Source: Enoplolaimus lenunculus (lineage: Eukaryota). From it: a stretch of DNA of 64,000 bases. The position numbers were made by a program, and so were the translations under genes. Each line of letters begins with the position of its first letter. Positions within the stretch are counted from its first letter, which is position 1. Below the pieces are notes generated by a model. It was not told the origin of the DNA. It did no database searches and worked only from the letters and a program-made list of their open reading frames with translations. Location of the stretch: NCBI GenBank assembly GCA_030248215.1, contig JASANG010002509.1, forward strand, positions 372,001 through 436,000, in the 5' to 3' direction. Positions 12,901 through 25,382 of the stretch are shown piece after piece.

Positions 12901-15900
12901 ATAAAGAATGCAGAATATTTATGCAACAATATATCACAACAAATAGACCTAAAAGTCAAAATTCCGATTCCGATTGATTGTGCAATCGGAATAAGAACCA
13001 AAACTGGTTTTGAATCGAAATTCTAGTCGGAATGGGAAATAATTTCATTTGCAACTTGGTATCGTTATCAATATTCTGCAAAAACACTGATATACTACTT
13101 TTCCGAAACCTAAAACGACACTTGAATGCTTCTACCGAGTAATGCACTCACCCGGTTCAGACTGCGAATGTTTGTTCGTTTCGCTCTCTCTTCCTCAAGT
13201 AATGTACCACCTCGATTATTGTAACGATCTGACAATGAACTAGATGATTTACGCTAAAAAAACTTAGGTACACTAAACCAAAAAAAAGACTTTGGTTGAA
13301 AGTTTCTACTGCCGAATAACTAATTTTTCAAAACATTTGTTTAGACAGAAAACAGTCAATAATTTAAATCTTATGCACGCTCGAAAAATAAAATACCACT
13401 ATAACTAACTTTTTGTCTTTAAATCTGATTAGATAACGGCAATTAATTATATATGCCTATCGGCTACAATCAGGCTATGTGAAAAACATACCGCACCAAC
13501 AGGGTGCAACCGAAATTACAATTTAATGGAACCGGAATTTAAAAACATTACCGGAAACGAAACCGGAAAATGAAAAATAAATACCACCGAAAAGTTATTT
13601 TAATTTTCTTTTTGCAATATTTTTGTGAAATAACCCTAGTTGGAGATGTGTATTCCACAGAAGCGAAATCTACCTGCGATGGTTTATTTTAGGCGATTGT
13701 CAAGGTTTTCATACTATACTAAATACTGTATCAAATTCAGCAAAATGCTAACATACCTCGAATTCTTTAAAAACATCAAAATGCGCTTTCCACTGATTAA
13801 CACACGATAGAATTTCACGACGCGATTCAAACTCATTTTCCAGTTGAGTAACTTCTGTTTCGTTTTGCCGTAGCAATTCTGGTGTGAAGTTTTCTGCAAA
13901 TTAAGTGTAGTGTGAAAAATGGTATACATACGTGCACTGTAGTTGTAGCCAGAAAAAAGTTTCTGGGTAGGTCAAGACATATTATATATTTTTGTATTTT
14001 CGAACACGATCATAGAAGCGAGAAATTTTCAGTAGGGTGACCCTACCTTTTTAAAATATTAGAAAAATTTCGGGGCAGCTAATGACTCATTTTCCCCGTC
14101 TACTCTGATGTGTGTAAACGACGCGTACAACACGTTTAATATTTTAAAACTTCGATTGAATGAAAAAACAAAGGATCATATCAGGCAACCGTAACTACAC
14201 TTGGCGTCTGGAAACTGCTAGTGGATTACTGGTTTTATCACTGGTGAGCAGGGTGCAACCGGAATTCCGGTTCCTTCATTCTTTCACCTTCCGGTTCCGG
14301 TAAATTTTTACCGGATTTAAAAATTCCGGTGTTATAATTTGGCCGTTTTTTTAACTTTGCTAATTTTTAGGAATCTCTTTTGAAAGCCAATTGTACTCCG
14401 AATATAAGCCATTGATGGATTTCACTTCAGTCGACGACGAAAATCTAAAATACAACAAATAAAATAAATACCTATGTTCGACTAAGGTTGTTTCACAAAT
14501 AATAGAGCAAAAAATACGATTAAAATGAAATTTTTGGTGAAATGCATTTTTCATTTTCCGGTTCCGGTTCCGGTAAAATTTTCAAATTCCGGTTCTGGTT
14601 CCGGTAAATTGTAATTCCGGTTGCACCCTGCTGGTGAGGAAAACAAGCAATAGATTAACCTTGTGAGATTAACGGGAAACGTTCGCGCTCTGAAAGTGGT
14701 ACACAACATAGCTCCCATAATTCTTGCAGACGCATGGATAATTGGACGATTTTTTCTTGCATTTCAAACATAAACAATTGAAATCGCTCTTCTAGCTAAA
14801 CAATAAAATTTTACAACCAATAATTATATAATAATGTATATGATTTGGTCTCAAACAGAATGCAACCAGAATTCCGGTTCCGAGCGCTTTTCGTGAGTAT
14901 CGGCACCGTCACTGCAAAAAATTGCCAATTCTTTGCCGATACTTTCTGCACATAACAGTTAGTGGGAAAGCTATCACTTTCATTTCTGGGCGCATATCAA
15001 AGTGTCTGGCCATTAAAACTGTGATCTCGTGCGTTTGTGTTTGAAAAATTAATTGAAATGAACCGTTCTTTTAAAAATATAATCGTTTATGATGGTTATG
15101 GCTTAATGGTTGCGCCATACTTGCTGCGCTGTAAATCTTTTTATTACCGCAACCCTTAGTCTTCATAATGATGTAATGTAGTATCCTATCTGTTTACTGA
15201 GCATGGTGCCCTAAAGTTGGAATCATCATCGGCATCGGTTCGGCAAAATTTCAAAATAAGAATCGGCTCGGTATCGAATTAGTGTGAAATAACGGTTCTC
15301 ATAAAAGTATATTTTATGCAAGGTGCAAAGGCGGAACTAAATTACACCGGAATAGTAGCAGACAAATTTTTTACACGAGTCGGAAGACAAATATAATTTT
15401 GATTTAAGGCGTTTGTTGACTGATAACAATTCTTAAACACGTCGCAAGAACAAATGGACGATGACTTTTTGATTCTGTTAAAGCTAAACTACATACAATT
15501 ATTGTTGTTTTAAAAATATAATGGCAGTGTTATGTGTTTAGATGTTGAGACAGCGAAAATTTTTATGCAACATACCACAACATAGAAGTCGGATTAAAAT
15601 TAAAATTTCAAAATTCCGATTCGGATCGATCGTGCAATTAGAATCGGAACTCGGTTTGAATCGGAATTCTAATCGGAATTCGGCTGCACACTTCTTTTAC
15701 AGCGACGGGATATCCGGTGCCGATGTAATATCTAGCAAAAAATGAAGTCCGTAACCGGTTCCGGTATAAACCTACCGGATACCAGATATTTACGGGGTAC
15801 GGAATATCATAAAACTACTTTTACAAGTAAGCATCTTTAACATCTTTGTGCCATTACATTTCTGAACAAGTCAAGAAGTGCATGTTTTCATACGTTTTCA

Positions 15901-18900
15901 GGTACTTTTAACATATATATGTAATCGAGCGAGAGTTAAACGCATTTTTACCACTAATTTTAGCCGAATCTGAACCCGACCTTCGTTGCCACCCTAGCTA
16001 CAATAAAAATAATTAACATAATATGCGACTGACTTCGTTATCGTATGTACGCAATTGTTCCATTAATTCAATTGTAAGCGGCACGTTTTCATAGTCGGAA
16101 CGCAGCAGCACTGTCTCAAAACTGTCCTCAGTCTTGTCTATTCCCATCTGTCGTAGACGATTAATAGCTTTGTTCCGAACTGCTGTAAATTCTTTTTCGC
16201 GACTGGTCTATAATAAGTGGATGGATGTAACGTGTAATATGACGTTCTCTGTGATGTCTATTGCCCACAAGCCATTTGTTAATTCTAACATCCACCAAAT
16301 CAACATTATGTGCAACCTATGCCTACATTGCTAGGATTTCTTTAGGCTGCTAGCGAGTAGGGTGACGTAAACCCTACCAAAGGGAAAACTGTGGCGAAGC
16401 GAAATATGGGTAAGAGAATTAAGTTTAACTATACGTATCGATGCAATAATTCATATGTGCACGACGTTAAAGGTTTTCTAAATTATACTTCATCCATCCG
16501 CAAAGTGTTAACACTGCGTATTTATGTTTAATTTGGTAAAAAGGAGGGTAAAGTAAACTGGGAAAAGAGGAGCGGAGTGAAGTGAAGTGATAAGGTGTTG
16601 TAAGTTTTTGGTACTCTTTCACGAAATAAAATACCAGTACGTAATATCGAGCGAGCAGAAAATTGACCTTGCATAACGTCGCATTTAAACTACATATATA
16701 CAATTCTCAATTCAATGCAAGTTTCAACATCCATGAGCGCGCAAAATGAAAGCTAACAAACACATACCAGAACAGCTTTCTTTGATGCCACATCGTTAGT
16801 TAACCGCTCAATTTCAGAAAGAGTAGGTACAAACGCGTCATAAGTCTGCTCCGAGTCTCGTGCTTGCATATACCGCTCGTAAAACTCCGACGGACCAGAA
16901 CCCAAGCGATCAAGCACGATGCTACACAATACAATATAATACGATAGTTTGCAAAAGCAGCAGAATTCTTACATTATACAACACTATAAATCTTTTGTAA
17001 CTTTCAGCACTGCTGCTAAACTATTGGATATACAATATACATACTATCAGGTCACATGCCGTGTAGTGGAAAACATGAAAATCTGCCTTCCGTTTACATA
17101 CGGTTTGGCACTATTTTTACTATTCTAGTCTGAACGAGTTTTGTTGCAGAATATTAGTTGCCTCGTGGCGACATTGTACATATGATAACCAGGATGACCT
17201 TTCCAGTTTAAAAACAACCGTCTAATGAATTCATTACCGGTGCTCTTTCGCACTGTTCCAGTAAAGTATGCGACGCCGTTGTATTTCATCGCGCAACTTA
17301 GTTAATTGCTCTTCGACAAAAGCTTCTTGCTCAATTAATGTGGATAATGAATCTGCCTAAAAATAAAGCCCGCCAAATTTAAGTCACACTTATAATACGA
17401 ATTTGATACGTACGTAATTTGAAAGCCAAGGCACAGTAGTAATATTTTACAGAAATAAAAACAAACAGCACTTTGAATTCAATTCTTTGCTGGCACATGA
17501 ACACGAATTCGAAATATATACTTTTTGGAGGTAGGCGAAATTACAGTGGAACTGAAATGACATCCTGAATGTATATACCTCTGGAATACAGTCGATTTGT
17601 AACGAGGCACATAGTGACCGCATCTCATCTTTAGAAGCTGAGATGTTTGCCAAAATCCCATTCTTCATTTCAGACTCTTCAGCAATCTAGAAACATTGGT
17701 CAAGCTTACATTTTACTTTTGTGAATGACATTAGTCGCTTCGCTTTGCATATTGCCCATTAATATTTTACACACTAACACTTTAACAACGACCCTATTCC
17801 AATATTCTGTTTTTGTAGCGTTGCGTTCAGTTGCAATATTTGTTTGGCCCATGTTCCTTTTAAAAACATTTTTTCCGTAGGTACACTAAAATAGAGCTAT
17901 AGAGCTATGATTAAAGCTATTATTTATATTTAGGCTTAGACTTAATTAGTTATAAACTTATTTTTACGCTGAAGTTTAGGCATAGGTTAGAAATAGGAAT
18001 ATGCTACAATATATACTGTCATGCCTCTAAAATAACACTGGTCATCTTTATCAGGTTTCCAGCGACTAACCTTCCAATTTTATGTACCTTCTGCGTAAGC
18101 ATGTACTTGGGAGTACGATGCCGTTTTTATCATATCGCGTCGGGCGACATTATGCTGATACTCCCATGTTGTAAACTTAGTGTTAATGCATTTATTTGCC
18201 ATATCGCGTCTCGTGATATTTTGCCTATGGTAATGTAACAAAATTACTGTGCTGCGTTTGGATTCTGGCTAATTTGTGCCACGGGACATTGTTTTTCTGG
18301 TCACCCTCTGGCCCAGGCGGCTCAACGCTACACAAAGAAACCATGCACATGTATGTAATTGTTACATACATTTAAAGCGGCTTGCAATAAAAAATGTATA
18401 ACTCCATTCGCTATGTATGTGTAGAATGTGAAACCAAAAAATTCTGGTTACGAGGCACTCTTGACATACCATATTGCCCAACAGTTCTGTGACATGATTT
18501 TCAGCCGTTTGCATTCGTTCCTCGCGATCATCTTCCGTCAACCCAACACTGTGCCATAAACACCTTAATTCAGCAAGACCTTCCGCTAATCTCCGGCATA
18601 TACGTTCTTGGGCAACCGCAATTGAATCCCTAAAATAATCACCTGCCAGCGAGTAATTGCTTGCTTGAATTTTTCATCTCAGAAATCTTGAGTGAGAAGC
18701 GGGGCTTCTGGTAAGGGGGGTCCATCCTCCAGAAGCGAATCTGCAGCGGTCTAATGTGAAATCTCAGTAACGCAGTGGTTTTATGCTTGTATTGTATATA
18801 ATAAAAATAGTGTTCTTGCAGGGACAAAATAATGTCAGCAATATTCCGCGAAAAATATTACCTAATAACCTACAAATCAGGTATGGGCGGTCTCGGTCAA

Positions 18901-19532
18901 AAAACGAGACCGAGCATCGAGACTCGTTCAATTTTTAACCGTTATTGAAACTAAAAAAATTTTCTACAAAAGTTTTGAACATGTTTTGCCTGCTCAGAAT
19001 TGCGGTTTAATTTATACAATAAAACTAATAAATCGCCATCAAGCTTTATTTCTACTCTATTTATCACTTAGGAATGGTGGCACAAACGCAACGATTGAAA
19101 ATATTCTTATAACAATCTCCAACTCCAATTATAACAGACGTTGCACACGAACTCAAGCGGATGATATGCAACCGTCAGTAAGCCATCCATGTGATAATGT
19201 AATAAAATAATCACTTTGGGGGGGACTTCAGCCTCCTAATAAAACAGTCGTAGTGTGTACTGAACGAAACAAGTACCTATCCACTTTTACTAGTCCAGGT
19301 ATACGCATACGTTAGTACAAAATACGAGCAGAACTTTGCTACGTCCTTTCTTCCACTCAAACTAACTCAGCTAATAACAATTGCTTCTCTTTGTCACCTC
19401 TTTGGTCCCGATTTGCAAACCACCGAGACTCAAGAAAAGCTAGACCGAGACCAACCAAATCTCGAGACTTGCCAAGACCGAGATTGCCCGTTCTGCCAGC
19501 ACATATGTAAGCACCTACCTTCTGCTGCCCAT
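9937..19532 (-). CDS. PRC1: PRC1/MAP65/Ase1 (SPD-1-like) microtubule crosslinker
   Basis: Phase-consistent GT-AG exons: 19532-19519, 18629-18470, 17686-17579, 17356-17238, 16921-16768, 16207-16034, 14795-14660, 13893-13757, 13253-13152, 12365-12216, 11744-11523, 11074-10994 (contains TAA at 11008-11006), 10023-9937. Translation has MGSRRDS..LRCLWHSVGL..ERMQ..HV.ELL.NMIAEE and the family signature W....F.EFERKS....RYNNRGGTLLEEERAKR. The 3' end is ambiguous (see findings). Confidence 0.93.
14249..14630. mobile_element. hAT-like MITE, same family as 6492-6887 in opposite orientation
   Basis: TIR cagggtgcaaccggaatt; perfect 8-bp TSD CTGGTGAG. Confidence 0.9.
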
Positions 19533-20467
19533 TCCCAAAACATGTAATAACGGAAAGCAACTACCAAGCTGCAATTTGCTAATCAATATGAGTCAATAAA
19601 AACGCAACTAGGGCCACAAAAAGGATGTATATAATTGTAGGAAAATAATGTCATGTAACCTTTGAACATATGCAGCAACGAAATATATACGTAATTAAAT
19701 TAAAATTAGTAAGTTTAAGTTACACAATGTACGAATGGGTAAATTTGTAGCTTTAAAACACTCTAGAAAACTAGTAGGTTGGCGTGAAGTGTCACATATG
19801 GCAGTGTTGTCCAGCAACTAGTTTCTTGACCTCTACAGACAGAATCATAGGTTGCTGAATGTTGACGTGAAGTGTCAATCCGGCAGTAACACAGAAACAG
19901 GTGTTATTGCATGCTGCAGAGCTACGCTTCCTAAAACAGAATTACGGTTTGTCTATTTTAGGCATTCCTCACACTAAAACTGAACTCTTCTTACCACCCT
20001 GCCTTATGAGATGCATGTTAACTTGCTACTTGTATACAATATCGATAAAAATTCAAATTTCAGGTCGCGCTGGAAAGTAATAATGCGAACCTGTGAAAAG
20101 GAATTAAAACCCTTAAAAAGCACAGTCATCTTCACAAAGCAATGCACGACACATGTATAAAACAAACGCAACCTTTAAGCGTACGAGCACAGTTCGAACG
20201 CGATCCCAAGTTCCTGCGTGCTTAGCTAAACAAACCATGCTACGAACGGGCACCCAAAGCCTAATTAAGCTCGCATTATATAATTACTATTACGCTTTTC
20301 AAACAAAAAGTAGTGCACTTTATGTGTGATTCAGAGGCATAAATTAAGTCAAAGTTTGACAAAAAATTTTGTTATATATCTTACTCTATAGGCAGCACTA
20401 AAAGCTAAAAAAGAGTGCCGTTTTCTGGCAACATCAACCCACTTTTTCTAAACAATAGTAGCTACAT

Positions 20468-21763
20468 GGGGGCGGATGTTATATATATAGATTTTGCCAA
20501 AGCATTTGACACTGTGAATCATAGAAAGCTTTTGATAAAACTTTCCTCATATGGGCTTAGAGGTTCACTCTTGCGTTGGATAAACGCGTTTCTTCAAAAT
20601 CGTACGCAGCGGGTTAAAATCGGTGACTGCTATTCTACACGCGAGCCGGTTACTTCTGGGGTCCCGCAAGGTTCTGTATTGGGTCCTATGTTATTTTTAA
20701 TTTATATCAATGATATTCTTGATCTTTTACATGATGTACATGTTGAGATGTACGCAGACGATTTGAAACTATATGTAGGAATTACTAGGTCTGACCCGCT
20801 GAAATCTCGGAGCACACTACAAAATGCGTTGGATATCGTTCATGATTATGCTAATACGTGGCAATTAAAAATTGCCGTGAATAAATGCAAAGTTGTGCAT
20901 TTTGGCTGCGCTAACGAACCTTTGAATGTTCGCTACCGTATTGGCAGCGAGGTCCTTGCCAGCGCAAATGAGGTAAATGATCTTGGAGTTATTTTCGAGC
21001 GTTCATTGAAATTTTCTAGGCACTGTGATTATATAGCTCATAAAGCAAACAAGACAATAAACATACTTTTTAGATGCTTCCCGTCTTTCTCACTATCCCA
21101 GTATATATCTGCGTATATAAGTCATTTGTTATTCCAATATTGGATTATTGTTCAAATGTATGGAACCCTGTTTTGCTGTGTGATATTGACAAAATTGAGA
21201 AAGTACAGCACTATTTTACTAAAAGACTCTATTTCAAATTTAAGTTAGGAGACAAAACTTACCGTTCTAGGCTAGAGGAACTTGAGCTTGAATCGTTAGA
21301 ATATCGCCGACTAAAGTCCGATTTAGCCATGTTGTATAAGCTTATTTTTAAGGAACTTGATCTGCATATAGATAGCTGTTTGCAGTTTTCTGGAACTTCT
21401 CGCACCAGGAAAAACGACCTTAGCTTGAATTTTCCGAATTTCTTTAATTTAGCTGGTCGTGGTTCGTTCTTCTATCGGGTTGTATCCTCCTGGAATAGCC
21501 TACCTAACAATATAAATGGGCTACCGGTTCCCCGAGCAGGTTCTCTTGCCCAGTTTCTTCGACGACTCCCTCGCGACGCACTTAAAAAATTTCTGAAGTA
21601 TGACCGCCATGAACAGTTAACCTTATAGATCGATTTCGGTTGGATGTTAGAGAGGTTTGCCCCTCCTTTCCAACTTATTTTATTTGCCTATTCATATTCG
21701 TATCTTAGATACGCATGTATGTTTAATCGGTGAATAAACTTTTGACTTTGACTTTGACTTTGA
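20468..21763 (+). mobile_element. 5'-truncated CR1-group non-LTR retrotransposon (RT plus C-terminus, one frameshift)
   Basis: RT motifs DVIYIDFAKAFDTV, SGVPQGSVLGP.LF.IYIND, YADDLKLY, DLGV, and P.LDYCS.VWNP. A +2 (AT) slip lies near 21116 and the stop is at 21628. The 3'UTR has a stem-loop (gttgga...tccaac, ~21640-21676), AATAAA at 21733 and a (TTTGAC)n tail to 21763. Confidence 0.92.
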
Positions 21764-22340
21764 ATGTGGTATAATAAAACTTAATCGACCGTTTTTATCT
21801 TCAAGACAACTTACAAATTTTGCTCGACGAGAGAATTATAATTACCGCTGATTTATAATGAATTTTAATATTGTGGAATTCTACTTGGCATCTTGAATCA
21901 AGAACATTTGCTCAAAGCTCGCCTTACAGGTTTACTACTAAACGCCGAGTTCCAAAAAAAGCATATTTTAAAGATTCCAGCTGACCGGTTTTCAATTTGT
22001 TGTTAACGTAGACGGTAATTTTTGTTATTTATTCAATAAATTTATAGTTTGCTATCGTTAAAGTGGCAGTAAAGAGACTTAACTATTTAGCTAGGAGATT
22101 TATGTTTTAGTAGCGTCGTTTTTATCCCGATTTCTGTAGTATTATATCAGAAGTTATAACGGCCGCGAATAAAGTATTGATTGGAAGATGAACCGTTATT
22201 ACGGAAATAGAAGTCGTTTTGCATATTGTTCGCAAAAGTATGAGCTAAAGGAGAGTTAGAAAGCTTAGCATAACTGAAGCCTCCATTTCCAAATTCCTTC
22301 AAAACAACGCATGTAATAGCTAACAAAGTAGTTGAAGCAG

Positions 22341-22416
22341 TGGCGGGATAGCTCAATCAGTTAAAGTGCTGGCCCGATTAGCTAAAGGTTGCTGGTTGAA
22401 ATCCATCCGTGGTCAA
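22341..22416 (+). mobile_element. Degenerate tRNA-derived SINE-like head
   Basis: TAGCTCAATCAG (A-box-like) and GGTTGAAATCC (B-box-like) at tRNA spacing, with broken stems. Confidence 0.55.
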
Positions 22417-22624
22417 TTGTATATACGTTTTGTTTCGTTTTGTTTACTGTTCGTAATGATATAGCAATAACGGAACTAATGAATTTTTACCATAAAGGTT
22501 TCATTTACCAACAATTAATGGTTTGGGACAAAAGATGTAAACCGCTTACATTAGCCTATATCTGGCGAAATCAGACTGTTTAAAAACCTACTACGCAATA
22601 GTAAGTAAGTAAGTAAGTGTTTAT

Positions 22625-23257
22625 TGTAAGCATGTGAGACATGCTTGTCCGTTATGTGCACATGCAATATAGTGCAGTGCACTGTATGTATGCTAGCTGC
22701 TAGCTGGCAGCATACGGTCGACAAATATAGTCGACGAAAAATGCAGTTGGAGAGGCGGGCTGCGTAGCGCAGTGGTAGAGTGTTCGCTTAAAGTTCCGTA
22801 GGCTGAGAGTTCGATCCTCGTTCTAGCTCGCTTTTCCGGCTGCTTGGTAGAAAGGTCTGATGTCCTTGGTTCCTACCTAGACTGACATGGGGGCTACGCC
22901 GTGAGCGCAATGGCAAATTGCCGCGCTATGAGCACGGTATCCAGTCGAAAATAGGATGGACGGTCAAGGGACGACCTTGTTGAAAATAAGGGCATGTAAG
23001 CATGTGAGACATGCTTGTCCGTTATGTGCACATGCAATATAGTGCAGTGCACTGTATGTATGCTAGCTGCTAGCTGGCAGCATACGGTCGACAAATATAG
23101 TCGACGAAAAATGCAGTTGGAGAGGCGGGCTGCGTAGCGCAGTGGTAGAGTGTTCGCTTAAAGATCCGTAGGCTGAGAGTTCGATACCCGCTCGGGCCCG
23201 CTTTTCCAGCAGCTTAGTAAAAAGGTCTGATGTCCCGGTTCCTACCTAGACTGACAT
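22625..23257 (+). mobile_element. Tandem 370-nt unit (~1.7 copies) containing tRNA-derived SINE-like heads
   Basis: 22626-22889 is repeated at 22996-23257. A box TAGCGCAGTGG and B box GAGTTCGAT occur at ~22755-22830 and ~23125-23201. The anticodon arm does not pair, so these are not functional tRNAs. Confidence 0.8.
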
Positions 23258-23574
23258 TTATTACTGGCGTTGTCAGACAGCACAACAATCAGATTTAAGT
23301 TTTCGCATCTCTATGGAATCTAACTGTAGCATGGAAAGTCTGTCAGAATACCTAGATTTTGGAAATGATAGTCCACAAGAGAGACGGCGAGTAAAGTATT
23401 GCTAAACTGTTTCATTTTTTTGGTGACTTTATGAAGATAAGGTGGCCCAACATGGGAGCTGTAGTATAGTGTAGGAATATCATAACTACATTGCCCACAA
23501 GACCGCACCTTACATGGTGACCACGATGATACCACAAGGATGCAGGCGAGGTGTGAGTCCATACAAAAGTGTAC

Positions 23575-24310
23575 AGTCAGGGACGACCTCCTCTCACCGG
23601 TACTCTTTCTTCTTTACTTGAGCGACCTGCCACAACCTCCACAGGGTGTTATTTAATAGCTATGCCGATGATGTCAGCATATATGCCAGCGGTATCGACA
23701 TAGATACACTCACGCGTTTGATCAACGGCTACCTAGAGGAATTCTCTCGTTTCTTTAAGGCGAAAACCTCCTGGTTTCAGCAAACAAATCCTCGGTGACT
23801 CTGCTCACCGCACACACTGCCCAGGCCAAACCTCACCTCAGGTATTCATGGATGGTCAACTACTTCCACTCAACAAAACTCCAAAGATCCTCGCGGTCGC
23901 GCTTGACACAATGTTCTGTTTTGGTCACCACTGCCGCGCAGTAACCGCAAAACTGAATCAACGGAATGTTGTACTAAAGGCGCTGACGGACACAGACTGG
24001 GGTTGTGACAAGGAGACTCTGTTTCTCACGTACAAAGCCATCAGCCAGTGTATGATCAACTACTGCTGCCCCGCCTGGGCCTAGTTATCAAGCCCACGCA
24101 TTAGGAGAACATGCAAAAAGCTGAGAACACTGCACTCAGAATTGCAACCGCCTGCTATAAGATGTCGGACATTCATGACCTCCATCGCGAAGTCTAAATG
24201 TTGCCCAAGCAGCACACGACGATGCTAGTTCAACAATACACCCTCACATCACCATGCACACCCATGTCATGCGCTAACGCGGAGACACCGGCCACTGAGA
24301 GCACGTATAT
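23575..24310 (+). mobile_element. Degenerate non-LTR retrotransposon RT fragment (I/Ingi-like group)
   Basis: Frameshifted QG..LSPVLF..YLSDLP, SYADDVSIY, TPKIL.V.LD, VLKAL...WGCDKETL..TYKAI...INY.CPAW. Multiple stops and indels; the clade call is tentative. Confidence 0.82.
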
Positions 24311-24645
24311 AACCTGGCATCAACTGTTACAAAGACAACCCCAGACACCTGCTTGACTATATGACTTGACTTATAAAGTCATGATTTAGGCTTAACTAAT
24401 TAAGCTAATATGCAGCTCAGCTACGAGATAACTATTCGATAAAATTTTAAAACTCTAATGCGAGGTTAACACACCAGGATAATAAGATTTCAAACAAAAT
24501 AAGTTTATCAATTTCGGTTCAGGGGTTCCTGAGATTCTTTTCGAACGGACGGACATCCACATTTCGGCTCCCAAATAAAAAGCATAAAACTCTTTGCGAA
24601 ACTCAGTTTGGCTTCGCTTAATGAGGTAAAATTTTGTAGTACCCC

Positions 24646-25020
24646 AGGGCTATCACGAGTTTTGAGGAAAACGCTGACATCTGATAGCCCTGGGCTATAA
24701 GAGTAATTTGTTATAGACCAAGGCTATCGCGAACTCGTTTTCGGAATAACTTCTGGATAGCCCTGGTCTGAGGGCTATCACGAGTTTTGAGGAAAACGCT
24801 GACATCTGATAGCCCTGGGCTATAAGAGTAATCTGTTGTAGACCAAGGCTATCGCGATCTCGTTTTCAGAATAACTTCTGGATAGCCCTGGTCTGAGAGC
24901 TATCACGAGTTTTGAGGAAAACGCTGACATCTGATAGCCCTGGGCTATAAGAGTAATCTGTTATAGACCAAGGCTATCGCAAACTCGTTTTCAGAATAAC
25001 TTCTGGATAGCCCTGGTCTG
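24646..25020. repeat. 3 x 125-bp tandem repeat built of ggctatc...gatagcc hairpins
   Basis: Copies start at 24646, 24771 and 24896 and are nearly identical. Confidence 0.95.
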
Positions 25021-25382
25021 TAAAAGATTTTGTGCACCGTTGACAAAATTATTGTGAACGGCGCTCAATTATGAGCAGATATTCTGAATAATGTAACAAA
25101 AACTAAGGAAAAATCATTGGAAATAATTTTTTTGCAAATTTTCATTTCTTTCGCTGCTGACCAACACTTAACCGAGACCGAAACACTTTTCATTGCCGGT
25201 CTCCGTAATCAGGTCTTGGGTTTCAGTTTTTAACCGAGACCGCCCAGCCCTGTACTTAAGAAACCCAAGGTCTTTATATATTTCGTAGCATTTTAATTTG
25301 CTGATATATACCTATTTATTAAACATCACCAATGTGAATTTGCGCACCTAAGTTTTTAAAAACGCGTGTCATACTCTCGTAC

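Noticed and set aside
23125..23201. Possible tRNA or suppressor tRNA gene (TTAAAG in the loop region)
   Set aside because: The anticodon and T stems do not pair properly and the sequence is embedded in a repeated unit, so it is SINE-like. A tRNAscan-SE score would settle it.
22147..23403. Small ORFs or exon-like pieces between PRC1 and Rheb (e.g. 22147-22356 minus; MESNCSMESL.. at ~23311 plus)
   Set aside because: No recognisable homology and no consistent multi-exon model.
24646..25020. CRISPR-like appearance of palindromic repeats with spacers
   Set aside because: The spacers repeat with a 125-bp period, there are no cas genes, and the context is eukaryotic.
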